A DNA stretch of 64,000 nucleotides from contig CAVXZB010000019.1 of NCBI GenBank assembly GCA_963765895.1, positions 1-64,000 on the forward strand, in the 5' to 3' direction. The notes beneath the pieces are model-generated. The model was given only the letters and a program-made list of their open reading frames with translations. It ran no database searches and was not told where the DNA came from. Within the stretch, counting starts at the first letter, position 1; every line of letters begins with the position of its first letter. Shown here in pieces: positions 32,606 through 44,667 of the stretch. Origin of the DNA: an uncultured Nitrososphaeraceae archaeon (GTDB lineage: Archaea > Thermoproteota > Nitrososphaeria > Nitrososphaerales > Nitrososphaeraceae). Both the position numbers and the translations under genes were made by a program.

Positions 32606-33124
32606 CTATTTGCAGTATTGTGGCTTTTCGACGCATATTAGATGCTGAGTCCCATATATCGCAGTATTTCCGAAATGGCTCTTAGTCTTTGATGGTTTAA
32701 GCCAAAGACTTATGGCTGAACCGTCGATTAATTTTATGCTAGTTGGAACCTGATTTACAGGACCATCTTTCATGGTAACTATTGACGTACCGTTGATTGT
32801 AGTAGAATTACCTTTGATTAGTGGGGTTCCAGTAATTTTAAAATTTGATATTGTATGTGTATGCGGCGAAGTGCCGTCCTTTTTCATCATCTGAAATGCG
32901 GCATTAAATGTGGGAGATTTACTGTTCATGTTATCCATCCTAAAAACACCCGAGACTATCCAAGTTGGCTTGCCACTTTCATCATTCTGTAGACTTGTAA
33001 GTGCACCTTTAACTACATTCTTCTTACAGGCAGAATACTCCGGACAGTAACAAAGAAAGGCCTAATACAAAGGCTAGAGCAATTGTTGACGCCGCGCAGT
33101 AGTTATTATTAAGTTAGTTTTCAT
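32606..33124 (-). pseudogene. Secreted AOA-type protein (DGTSPHTHTISNF, HFGNT.IYG), frameshifted
   Basis: Family motifs present; upstream GALTSLQN..WIVSGVF lies in the same frame, signal peptide in another. Confidence 0.6.
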
Positions 33125-33254
33125 GTAGACATTAAACTTTCAAATTGGTTATAAAATTTTTATGGCCCTTATTTTCTCATCACTATAAAGCGACAAGAAA
33201 GACGGTCGTGGATATAATGCCTCAAATAGATAAACCTTTCTGGCGCAATGGAAT

Positions 33255-33415
<161 letters not shown>

Positions 33416-34163
33416 TACAATTCTCATCCGATACCAACCATACAGGAATGTATGGAGAAATTGAAATTGATGAGAGGGATTTTGTACCTATTGATAATTC
33501 ACTACAGATAGAAGTTTAGGATAAAGATGAAGAGGTGATGAGATAAGGCGATAGTCAAAACTGACCCAATTGATGCACTATTAATTATACAAGTACCAAA
33601 ACTAGAAGGAGCAATTATGCTGATGACAATAAGAGCAGCAAGGACATAGCCGACAATAACAATAATGACTGAACAGTGCTTTGTAGAGCTCGCGAAGGCT
33701 GTCGGTTACGCCGAACTTTGCTATACAGAGTTACAGAGAATTAGTATGAAGCAATCAGTAAGAACGGCTGGTATATACGGGATGCTCAATTTGATAGGCC
33801 AAGAGCAAGCAGAATCATTCAAACAGTGTCTTTCGTGTTCTGCGAAATTAAAGAAATGAAACTCGTTTTCTACTTATTACAGGAAAAATTTGATATCGCT
33901 TTTCAGAACTATTATCTTAAAAGAATAAGTGTATTATTATTATAACATGGGCTTGCCGGGCAAAGACATTTTGCTACATGTATCTTCTAGTAATATCCGC
34001 AGCGATTTCGGTTTAACTCGGATAATGTGCATACGCTATTTCAGGATATGATTCTGGATATAACCACGGATGTGATGATGCAAAAGTAGCTGATAAGTCA
34101 GAAAGATACATTAACCAACCCGAAAAAGGACCGAACTTTCACTCTGATACTTTATGCAAGGGT

Positions 34164-34559
34164 ATGAATCATGCTTCAACTCCTGCTCTATCCACCAATT
34201 CAATAAGTTGCCTTCCTCCGACCCTAAAAGCGAGACCTCCCTCACCCATAATGAGAGACCAGGGTGATGATGCAAGTTTTGGAATTGCTATAATTATTGC
34301 AATACTGGTCGTTATATCATGTATAGCACTTGCGATTAGTAAATTAATGAGGAGTGGTAAACGCAGAGAGATGCAACATTTTTGAGATTCTGTAAAGGAA
34401 AGTATATTAAGAAAACAAAATCATAAGTGCGCGCAATGTAAGCGAATCATTAACGTGGTTGACTGGGACCATAAGAATGGAGATATAATTAAACAATAAT
34501 AAATCAAATTGTCAGGCATATGTCCTAATTGTCACGCCATAAAATCGATAAGGAGATGA
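34164..34559 (+). pseudogene. Membrane-anchored HNH endonuclease
   Basis: TM helix, then F*DSVKESILRKQNHKCAQC..DWDHKNGD..NCQA/CPNCHAIK. Confidence 0.7.
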
Positions 34560-35279
34560 GTCTATTTGTTTGATTATATCCATTATAAGTATGCATGCCG
34601 GTGTTATGACTTAAGTATCTAGTTTGTGAAAGCTTCAGAATAGTTCTAGCCTATAATGGGCATTTTCACGTGCCCCATGAAGGATAACAAATTTTTATCA
34701 ATATACCTAGATCTTACTCTACGTCAGATATTACACAGTTAATGTACTGCTTCGTCAGTAATGTCCGCCAAAAACTGCATTTATAGGGAGAGGGCTAAAT
34801 TGTAGATACTATCTACCTCATTTTCATTTTTCGTTTATGCTAATGTATAATCAGTAAAAAGTATACTAGAGGTTTGGTCAAGGAGTTGAACACTCTTAGG
34901 CGCGCGCTCATACTATTAATTCAACTTACAGCGCATCATGGTTCCTCACTCCATTAATGTTATTAAGTGTTCTATTGAAGGAGCTACCAATAATTAGGAA
35001 CGGGTTAATGGTTGTCGTAATTCAAGGCAACTAGACTTCGGTGCCTAACTACATGATCAAATATAATATTAACTCTTCAATGAAGGGTCGCTTTCTGCCA
35101 ATAGGTCTTGAAAAATATGTTCCGTCATCTTATTCATCTTTTCCTGACAAAGAAGATAATAATATAATAATGAATAAAAAAATGTCACCCGATGACATAA
35201 ATATTCTCAAGTCGGCTGCCATGGAAAAAGGTTTATACAGAAAACGATGTGTAGAGATGTATCTTTGCTATCCCGATCA

Positions 35280-36136
35280 CTACACTCGAGGCAAAACGTG
35301 CTCGCACAGGCGCTCCATCTGGGCCTCTTCGTCGAAGACAGGGTTTAACAGAATATAGTTCACGCCCGCGTCTCTAAGGCGGATAATTTGGTCTACAATC
35401 TGCTGTGGCGATCCCCATACCGCAACTTGATCTGCCATTTCTGGCTTATGGTAAAAGGCACCGAACCACTCCCGCAGGCGGGATAGATTGTCTCCCAGGG
35501 CCAAATACAACCGCTTTGCTTTCGGAAAGTCGGCGGGCAGCTGTTTGATGTCTTCCAAAAAAGCATCCATCGGTGTCGAGCCCGCGCCGATGTAGCCGTC
35601 TCCCACTCCACCGCACGACGCAGCGCGACCTCGACATGTCCGCCGAACCAGATTGGGGGATGCGGCCTCTGGACTGGTTTCGGCTGCATCGGAATACTCT
35701 CAAGATGTGAGAAACGACCATCGAGTGTTACTTTGTCTTCTGTCCAGAGCCGCTTCATAATCTCCAGATTTTCGCGGAAGCGAGTGACGCGGCCCTCGGG
35801 CGGCAGTCCGTAAGCGGGATAGTGCCGGGTACTTGCGCCAAGTCCGACACCAACAATTAGGCGCCCGTCCGAAAGCACGTCAAGCGATGACAAGGCTTTC
35901 GCCAGGTCAATGGGGTTCCGCTGAGCGATCAGCAAAACGGCGATTCCGAGACGCAAACGTTTCGTGACTGCGGCCGCATATGTCAAGGTCGTCACGGACT
36001 CAAGAACAGGAGCAGTCCCGATAACTTGCTCAATGCACCATGCCGCAATCAATGGCAACTCTTCTGCTCGTCTCAAGAACCGCTGAATACGAGCAGGATC
36101 GGAATACGTTTGAGGAATAGCGATTGCGAACTCCAT
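35280..36136 (-). pseudogene. LLM-class flavin/F420-dependent oxidoreductase (one frameshift)
   Basis: RLGIAVL..NPIDLAKALSSLDVLSDGRLIVGVGLG, PKPVQRPHPPIWFGG; markedly higher GC than the flanks. Confidence 0.85.
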
Positions 36137-36755
36137 ACTATCGTCGGCTTACTCCGAGTTTTATTTAAATCTGCTCTTCTGATGTCTGAGGGGGATTTAT
36201 CGATCAATAAATGAGAACTGAATAAAAGAAGAAACTTGTGGAGGAAAATTAAACAAGGAAGAGGAAAAATATAGTCATTTAACACTACAAGCAAAAGATA
36301 AAACTTGATAGACTCTTCATGGTATTTCCCATATTAGAGTATAATGTGAATATTGTTTAACTGATATTGGCAAGGGATTTAAACAGGTATAGACTCAATG
36401 CATATAACTGACCGAACCGTGAAACTTTCTATGTTTGTATTCTAAACTGCATGATCCATCAAAAATATTTATTGACTGACATCTCAGCTCAGAATAATGG
36501 TTTTGGATTATTTTGAAGTAGGTCTAGATGGAATTAAACGGCGTGTGAAATTTGAACGAATATGTCCTCAATCATCTGGTACTGGAAAAACAGACTAAAA
36601 CGATAAACCGAAAAGGATTGACTATCATAGCAATTGTAGATGACATAAGACATAAGTTTGAATCGATTTTTGATAAATTAAGCGAATATAATTTCAGAAT
36701 CGCACCAATGGTGCATTTGACTTTCCTTGGCTTATTTAATGAGGATCGTAAAAGT

Positions 36756-37707
36756 GGCTATGTAGAAAACATCATCAATATTACAAGATTAGTTAGTCTA
36801 TGCATATTGTAGGTTATGCATCTGAATGATAGTTCCCTGTTTTGTGTCCTAGTTAATCTAGACATTATATGCTCTCCAAACAGTCTCTTTATGACTGAGA
36901 CTATGGTTTCATCCTTGTTATGGTGATTGTATAGTATTTTGGAATAACCGTGCTTCATCTGCTTCCTATACACACCATGTGTTCTCCATATAGGTACATG
37001 TTCATATCGAGCTGGAATTATGCTTAATGCATGCAAGCCGTCTCTTATCAAGAAATGATTGTCTTCACTATCATATCCCTTATCAGCTGTAACTACAGAT
37101 AATGGTAGAATTTCGGCTATTCTTGTTATGATTGGCCTGAAATCCATATTATCATGTCTTGTTGGAGCTCGTCTTATTTTGATTGAACATATGATTTGTT
37201 GTAATACATCTGCTCCAATAGATAATTTAGCATATTTTCTTCTCAATCCTGTTCGCTCAGTATAATATTGTGAAGCAGGAGTCATCTTAAATCCAGTAGA
37301 ATCTATTCCTGCAAAGATATGCTCGGTACCGCTTATTACAATGAATGAGGAAATTATCTTTTCCAGTAAGGTATTGCTAATTCTGCCTGCAAACTTTTGC
37401 AATGTTGTAAAATGAGGAATTTGTGATAGTCCTAAAAATAATCTAAGGTAATGCGCTTCAACCAGCCATTCGATAAACATCCTATAACTCTTACCTTCGT
37501 ACTGTCTTATTGTGAGCAATACTAAATGCTGCCACATCGTAAAGACATGGTTGCTCTTTCTATGAAGAAACAACGGTATCCTTGAATTTCTCAAGACACG
37601 GTACATAGTGCATGCCAATCTAACATATCTTGATTCTTTCAATATCCATATACGATCATACATCTAGAAAGCTCTAATGGTATTCAGAACATGGTTTCTA
37701 CAAAGCC
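36756..37707 (-). mobile_element. IS5-family insertion sequence
   Basis: TIR GGCTATGTAGAAA / TTTCTACAAAGCC; TSD CGTAAAAGT at 36747-36755 and 37708-37716. Confidence 0.9.
36758..37663 (-). CDS. IS5-family DDE transposase
   Basis: IDSTG, ADKGYDSE, ET..SVIKR.FG motifs. Confidence 0.9.
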   Translation of the reverse strand: MYDRIWILKESRYVRLACTMYRVLRNSRIPLFLHRKSNHVFTMWQHLVLLTIRQYEGKSYRMFIEWLVEAHYLRLFLGLSQIPHFTTLQKFAGRISNTLLEKIISSFIVISGTEHIFAGIDSTGFKMTPASQYYTERTGLRRKYAKLSIGADVLQQIICSIKIRRAPTRHDNMDFRPIITRIAEILPLSVVTADKGYDSEDNHFLIRDGLHALSIIPARYEHVPIWRTHGVYRKQMKHGYSKILYNHHNKDETIVSVIKRLFGEHIMSRLTRTQNRELSFRCITYNMHRLTNLVILMMFST

Positions 37708-38359
37708 CGTAAAAGTAATCCCACTTATATACAGCAAACAATTGAGCAAATAAGAAATTTTTTTGAAAATGAAGCGAAGAGAAAACAATTTGAACTAAGA
37801 TTTGATAGAGTAAGACCTGGTACCTTCTATCAACCTGGGACTCGTGATCAATTTGACTCATCAAATGATGGAACAGTATTTGTCAACGGCGACATAAATC
37901 ACGACGATAATTATAGGTTCCGGGATTTATCCAAAAGACTATCAAGTCATCTACAGGAAAAATTACCAACCATGTTTGATGCCAACTTTGGACCATAGTC
38001 TAATGCAGTCTGGTGTGCGTTGGATATTTTGATCGTGATGATTTCTGGATTGATCCGGGGTTAGAAGGCAATTTTCAGTAGCAGTAATTTTTCTAATCTT
38101 GATTTTAGTGTTACTGTCAAAGAGTTACATGTAATGACCTATGGAAAAAGGACTTTGGAGGATGCGAGATGCATTGAATGTATAATCTTAAACTAATTTT
38201 TATAAAGTTAATGCTGCAATTGCGTCAGGAATAAACCTGAAGAATAAGTTAAACTACATAAAACTATATGACATGGAATTAAAGTCTTAAATCTACTATT
38301 CAGCTCACGAAACCCAGCGATTTAAACTCAGCATAAATCATTGTGTTTGCTTTTGTAAC

Positions 38360-38660
38360 TTTTTACATTCGGATACTCTGGCATTCAATTCATTTATCAT
38401 CTTTTGCTGCTGCAATATCAATAGTATAAATAATGATTCGGCTGAATAGTTTTCGCCGTTGGAACTAACAGCGAGCATTGTAATCTTTATTGTGGCTACA
38501 TTCAGAAAGCATCTTATTAAAAAAGAAGTGCATTTTCTTCTCTTCGAGCATATCTAGAGTCTTTCCATGATTCGATCTCTTTAGCTAGGATATCAACATT
38601 GCCATCTTCATTTTGTTCATTTTAAGACACTTCGATTATCATCTTGAATTTACATTCTTT
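38360..38660 (-). pseudogene. Second decayed copy of the 5393..5683 gene
   Basis: Reverse complement matches 5375-5680, including upstream GGCTCTGT.GTTAAAAAGAATGTA. Confidence 0.65.
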
Positions 38661-39091
38661 TTAACAACAGAGCCGCAAAGGGAGAGGTGGAGGGGATTGT
38701 ATATTTACTAGAATAAGCCAGGTGTTGCTTAGTGAGCGTGATATCCATTTGGTCAGGTTTAGCACTGAGATCTATTCTACTAAAACATGGGCAGGAATCT
38801 CTTCTTTAGATAATTGGAGCTGCACTTGGTTTAGTCCCTATAATTATACCCAGGATACCCGGGTTATTTTCCAACCTAAGGTAGAATTTGAAGTATAATA
38901 AGTTGATATATCAAGAGTGCAATTAGAGTACGAATTTATCCCGGGTATCCTGGGTGCAATAGATGCATAAAGTGCTGTACTTATAATGTTAGTAATAGCA
39001 CGTAAATTGGCACTAGACAAAAAGCCCATTTTATACCATAACTTATTTGATTGGTACGATCAAATAAGGGAGATATCACTGCTCGGTCATG

Positions 39092-39938
39092 CTATTTGTC
39101 GACTCCTTTAGTTGCATTTAGAATTAATTGGGCGACTTCCTTTGGGTGAGATAGAAGCGAGAGATGACTAGAGGGAAGTGAGATAGTGGTAGCGTTCATC
39201 TGTTTTGCAAATAAACGTTCGACAGCAGGAGCGATATTGCGATCGTTTTCAGATACTTGATACCATGTCGGAAGTTGCTTCCAAGCTGGTGGGCCAGATT
39301 TTTCAGTAAAAATTGACATGTTAATTGGCTTTTGTGTAACGGCTAAGATCTTAGCTTGAGCCGGATCAATATCTGGAAATGAAGTATGGAACATATTCGG
39401 ATTAAAGTATGCAAAGCCCCCTCTATCAATGATTAGAGATCCTTTTGGAAATTTGGTGGGGTCGGTGAAGCTACTGATAGATTGACCTTCTTTAGGAACT
39501 AATGCAGCAATGTAGACGAGACCTTTGACATTGGGATTATTATAAGGCAGCGTTTGAGATTACCATTCCACCATATGAGTGCCCTACAAGAATAGTTGGT
39601 CCACCCAATAGATCAATTGCACGCTTTACTGTAGCTACGTCATCTGCCAGAGAATGAAGAGGAAGCTGTACTGCGATAACTTTATGTCCTGCTTTTAGTA
39701 GAATTGGGATTACTTTACTCCATGAAGATGCATCAGCTCCTGCACCATGAACTAAAACGATATTGATTTTAGTAGCATTTGTTATCTGGCCCTTTATTTC
39801 ATTAGGTTTTGTGAATGTTGTCATGTTCTGCGCATTTGCAAGACCAGCTTGTGTAGATAATGTAAGAGTTACAATAAGCATCACGGCTAGACATAGTGCG
39901 CCTAAAAGGTTTATCTGACTGTATTTTTCATATTGCAT
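39092..39938 (-). pseudogene. Secreted alpha/beta hydrolase (frameshift ~39540)
   Basis: VLVHGA, GHSYGG nucleophile elbow, PAWKQLPTWY, SSH motifs. Confidence 0.85.
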
Positions 39939-40414
39939 AAATCTTTATTCATTATCTATTGTATTTAAATTGGACAGTTACCAATAGGTAAGCAAATTTT
40001 TTCACTTACTTATGGCTAGCGGATCCTATTGATAGGTAAAACTATCTGATTGGTGATGAATTTAATATCTGTTGACTCCCAATTAATGACGCCATTGGAT
40101 AGTAGCAGCTAGTCGATGTGAATCAACATACTAATTCCGTTAATATGCAATAAGTTTAAAACATAGGACAACATTTGGACTTTTTAACGCATCCGGCATA
40201 ATTATCTCGAAAAGCGTTATAATCTGATAGGCGGCAACCCGATGATAAATATTATCAAAAATGCTGCGTCCTAGGTATAGACTGACGTCCCAGGACGGTG
40301 AAACATTAGTATGATATTTTAGTCTATTTGTCGTCATACACATGCCAATTTCTTGCTACATTGTTAAGAACTAAATCCTGTATTGTACCTTGAATGTAAG
40401 GGATATACTACAAG

Positions 40415-41362
40415 GGCTGTGTAGAAACCATCTCATACAGTCAAAGCTTTGTAAGAGTATAATACCAATAGTCTATTGAAAGAATCAATGTACGTCAGAC
40501 TTGCAGGTACTATGTTCCGTGTTTTGAAGCATGCAAGGATTCCTCTATTTTCTAACAGGAAAAGTAATCACATATTTACAATATGGCAGCACATAGTTCT
40601 AGTTGCTATACGACAGTATGAAGGTAAGAGTTATAGAATGTTTGTCGAGTGGTTAATTGAAGCCTATTACCTAAGGTCATTTCTACGGTTGTCACGTATT
40701 CCTCATTTTACAACATTGCAAAAGTTTACAGATAGAATCAATAATTCATTGCTTGAAAAGATAATTTCGTCATTCATTGTAATTAGTGGTACCAAGCATA
40801 TCTTTGCAGGAATAGATTCAACAGGATTTAAGATAACTCATGCATCACAATATTATACTGATCGAACAGAATTGAGAAGAAAATATGCGAAATTATCTAT
40901 TGGAGTAGATGTATTACAACAAATCATATGTACAATTAAGATAAGACGAGCTCCAACAAGGCATGATAATGTAGATTTCAGGCCAATTATAACAAGGACA
41001 TCAAATATTCTTCCATTATCTGTAGTTACAGCTGATAAGGGTTACGATAGTGAAGATAATCACCTTCTCGTAAGAGAGGACTTACATGCATTCAGTATTA
41101 TTCCTGCTCGATATGAACATGTACCGATGTGGAGAACACATGGTAAGTACAGAAAGCAGATGAAGCGTGGTTACTCCAAATTGCTGTACAATCAACGAAA
41201 CAAAGATGAAACCATAATATCAGTTATAAAACGACTATTTGGAGAGAATCTTATGTCTAGATTGACTAGAATGCAGAACAGAGAGTTATCATTTAGATGT
41301 ATCACCTACAATATGCATAGACTGACTAATCTTGTAATATTGATGATGTTTTCTACATAGCC
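40415..41362 (+). mobile_element. IS5-family insertion sequence
   Basis: TIR GGCTGTGTAGAAA / TTTCTACATAGCC; TSD ACTACAAG at 40407-40414 and 41363-41370. Confidence 0.9.
40476..41360 (+). CDS. IS5-family DDE transposase
   Basis: Close paralog of 36758..37663 with intact DDE motifs. Confidence 0.9.
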   Translation: MKESMYVRLAGTMFRVLKHARIPLFSNRKSNHIFTIWQHIVLVAIRQYEGKSYRMFVEWLIEAYYLRSFLRLSRIPHFTTLQKFTDRINNSLLEKIISSFIVISGTKHIFAGIDSTGFKITHASQYYTDRTELRRKYAKLSIGVDVLQQIICTIKIRRAPTRHDNVDFRPIITRTSNILPLSVVTADKGYDSEDNHLLVREDLHAFSIIPARYEHVPMWRTHGKYRKQMKRGYSKLLYNQRNKDETIISVIKRLFGENLMSRLTRMQNRELSFRCITYNMHRLTNLVILMMFST

Positions 41363-41415
41363 ACTACAAGCTATCTATATATATATATCCCATATCTGGA
41401 ATCTTCTGTACTGCT

Positions 41416-42325
41416 ATGTTGAAAATTAAAGGTTATACCGCAATTTTAGTGATATTCAGCGTGGCTTGCATAGGCATAGCGACTATTTCCCATCCTAATC
41501 ATATTAATGCTCTTATTAATAAGAACAATAATAATACAGGCAATAGTAATAGCACTACAACAACTATTGCTACTGATAAACTGATTACAAATATCTTGGC
41601 AAAGAATCTTGAAGATCATCTTAAAAAAGCGGGAGTTATCTTAGAAATAACAAGCAAATTACCTCAAGTGAGAAATGTATCTTATGCGCATTTACTCAAC
41701 CAAACATTAAACACGTTACATGGAATACCTGAACATGCAGATACAGAAAAAAGACAGGTGGCTAAGAACATAGTAGTCAGTAATACTGACTTGCGTGAAG
41801 TTTTCTTTATCATGCCGAATGGAGACGCATATTTATTTGAACCTTCTACACAACAGAATCTTACCACAAACAATTTTGCATTTAGAGATTATTTTCAAGG
41901 CTCAATTAAAACAAACGATGTTTATCTAGAAATGTGATAAATACCAAGACCGCTTCTAGTTTTAGACCAGGCGCGATAGCTATTCCTGTATATTCTTCTT
42001 CTAAGGATAACTCCAATATTGCCGGAGTATGGATTGGTGGAATTGATTTTAAAGTCTTTGACAAAGATCTTCAATCACTTAATCTACCATCAGGTGAAAG
42101 AGTTGTTTATACAGGCTACAAAGGACAGAAAATAGCAGATTCTGATATAAATAAAAGTAAAACTGTTTTGCTACTCTCAATAGTTTTAAGAATGCTCTAA
42201 ATGGAAAGTCAGGGTCAACAATAGATACCATAGATAACACAAAGATGTTAGTAACATATCAACCAGTGAAGGTATTTCATAATACTTGGATTGTTCTTTT
42301 GATGCAACCGATACCACCACAATAA
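41416..42325 (+). pseudogene. Secreted Cache-domain protein (frameshifts)
   Basis: PNGD.Y..EP..NFAFRDYFQG, AIAIPVY..AGVW.GGID motifs. Confidence 0.7.
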
Positions 42326-43391
42326 GAATCAATTATCACAAGCCTAAAGCGCTTGGCAGGTAGCGCTTAATTAGATCCTGTATTTTTCCTTGAACCCACT
42401 CTAAAGCTAGTATTCTTATCATAAACATATCGCGATTAAGAAGATCATCTGATTTCTGCATAGGTATTCTAAGCTGGTTATTTTAACATCTAGCATATGT
42501 CTAACCCTCTTAGCAAAATAACACACATCTTTAACTTCAGGAGAATTATGTTTGATATTATGAGCTCTAGTAGTATTGAGATTAAGGTCATTCATTCAAG
42601 TTTGTCAGAGTATTGTAGGAGATATAATATAGTGATACACTAAATATATGGAGTGCGAGTATGTGTATATATTTATTATTTATTTATTCATTAAGTCCTA
42701 ATACAGTTGAAGCACAAACATTCAGGTTTATCCTCTAAAGTACCATTACCATTGTCAGTAAACACCAAAGCGCATTTCCAGTTATACGAATTGAAGTAAA
42801 TATGTTATGTGACGATTCTACTGATAAGAAAATGGTATCAAGGGCTGTAACTATGGATATTTTGTTGGTTGGTTGCGGTGTGTGTCATAATTATGACTTA
42901 ATCAAATGATATTATTCTTCCGCCACAGATTCTTTCAAGCTCTCTCCTTTCAATACTGTTTATCAACTCTCTAATGTGTGGATCCTCACATTCTCTCTGA
43001 CGGTACCATTCATATATGTATCCTTTGCATCCCAATAACCTTGATTTAATGCATCTGATCTCAGCTAGTGCGGCGTTGCCTTGGACTAAGGTTACTAATG
43101 TAGGTGTAACAACTAACGCTAGGCTGATTGCTATTAATTGTTTCAATTATTTCTATTCACATCCTAAGTTCATGATTTATTTACTTATGGTACTTCTCGT
43201 ACTATTGAGCCGGTCGAGATAAGTAACAGTGTTATAATAAAATATACTGCCGTAAGATCCATGCTTATCCTACTCATCAATCCCATTTATTGATGTCACA
43301 TTCTACACTAACGGTATGTTTATCTTTTTTAGAAGAGGATTCGTATTGTAATCGATGTGAACTTAGTCTAAATGAATTGTGTGACACTGTT

Positions 43392-43871
43392 TCACTTTGT
43401 GGGTTTAATAATGCTAGCAGGATGAATTTCATTCCAGTTTTCTGAGCCAGTCTCATGGACCAATCTGCCACTAACAGATATTCTGTCACCTTGTGTTGGA
43501 AATTGATTAGTCCCATAGAGATTCGTGAGCTTCACGTCTTTACAATAGTCTCCCTTCCATGTCGTGAAATACCCCTTAATGCTGGCCAGACCGGGGTTAT
43601 GGCATATTTCTTCTACTATTATGTTCGTACAAGGTCCAGTAGGTGGTAAACATTTGATGTCCGCACAACGTGTATTCTTTTTTGGTTCACAATCCGGGCC
43701 ATTCTGTGAATACTTTGCATAGGCGCTATCCAACGTTAGAGTAAAATGTAGGTCGCCATCTGCCATGTCCACTGTTCCGCCGGGATGTATGCTGAAAACT
43801 TTTCCTGTGACTTTTATACAGGAACCAAATGGGTATTGAGAATTTGGAGTAATTGTCAGTATGGTCGACAT
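43392..43871 (-). CDS. OB-fold-like hypothetical protein
   Basis: DGDLHFTL..GDRISVSG..WNEIHP motifs. Confidence 0.65.
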   Translation of the reverse strand: MSTILTITPNSQYPFGSCIKVTGKVFSIHPGGTVDMADGDLHFTLTLDSAYAKYSQNGPDCEPKKNTRCADIKCLPPTGPCTNIIVEEICHNPGLASIKGYFTTWKGDYCKDVKLTNLYGTNQFPTQGDRISVSGRLVHETGSENWNEIHPASIIKPTK

Positions 43872-44014
43872 AGTCGATCAACTCGACATTATAAAACAAA
43901 GATTAGACGCTATTTTAAAACGGTTTTCTTTTTAAAAAATGGGCCTGTCCGTATCCCTCTACCTACAGTTCCTCAGTCTATAGAAAACCAATAACGATAG
44001 AATGCCATGATTGC

Positions 44015-44233
44015 ATGCAAAAGCGAAAAGAACTGACAGTCGACGATATTAAAAAAATGATTTACAAAGAAATTGAAAAGAAGCAGAAACAACTCGACCC
44101 AGATAAGCATAATATGCGGATTATGGAAGACAACCTGACGGAAGTAGAAACCCTCCAATTCGTGTTAGCAATGGTCATGGACGAAGAGCGATTAAGAAAG
44201 AGACAAACAGACCAACTGATGAAGTTAGGTTAG
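44015..44233 (+). CDS. Small basic helical protein, paralog of 29357..29587
   Basis: High similarity, including upstream DNA. Confidence 0.75.
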   Translation: MQKRKELTVDDIKKMIYKEIEKKQKQLDPDKHNMRIMEDNLTEVETLQFVLAMVMDEERLRKRQTDQLMKLG

Positions 44234-44370
44234 GTTAGGATAGGATAGGTTAACAGCCTATATGCCTACTACAAAGGGGGGAGGTTTAATGAACTATGGA
44301 AAGCGTTCAGTCAGACATACAAATAGATACATTATATACTTCTACTCTATCGTACATTTAACATAAGTAA

Positions 44371-44667
44371 ATGAGATTTCTAATTACGACAAAGGTATTT
44401 GAAACCATCCAAAACGAACCCGATCTGAAGAGACACGCTGAACATATAGATGCACAGATAAAGCGAATTATGAATTCCGGCAAACTCGTGGAAGGAGGAC
44501 AGTTTGCAGATAGCAGGGGTCATTTCTTTTTGATAGACATAGAAAATGAAAATGAGATGCTAGAGTTGCTTAACAGGGGACTGCTCGATACTTGCTCCAT
44601 AGAAAGCCATCCTATAGTATCGTTTAAAGATCTCTTCGATTTCTTCGAAAGGAACCCAGTTCGTTAA
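44371..44667 (+). CDS. YCII/muconolactone-isomerase-like dimeric alpha-beta barrel protein
   Basis: MRFLI..SGKLVEGG.FAD.RG.FFLID..IESHP. Confidence 0.6.
   Translation: MRFLITTKVFETIQNEPDLKRHAEHIDAQIKRIMNSGKLVEGGQFADSRGHFFLIDIENENEMLELLNRGLLDTCSIESHPIVSFKDLFDFFERNPVR

Larger units (their letters stand above)
36552..37998 (+). pseudogene. Hypothetical (possible 2H phosphoesterase) gene interrupted by an IS
   Basis: VHLTFLGLFNEDRKS resumes in frame after the IS as NPTYIQQTIEQIRNFF.. for about 90 codons. Confidence 0.55.

Noticed and set aside
36756-41362. Composite transposon formed by two inverted IS5 copies around the hydrolase
   Set aside because: Each IS has its own distinct TSD (CGTAAAAGT versus ACTACAAG) and the copies are diverged, so they inserted independently
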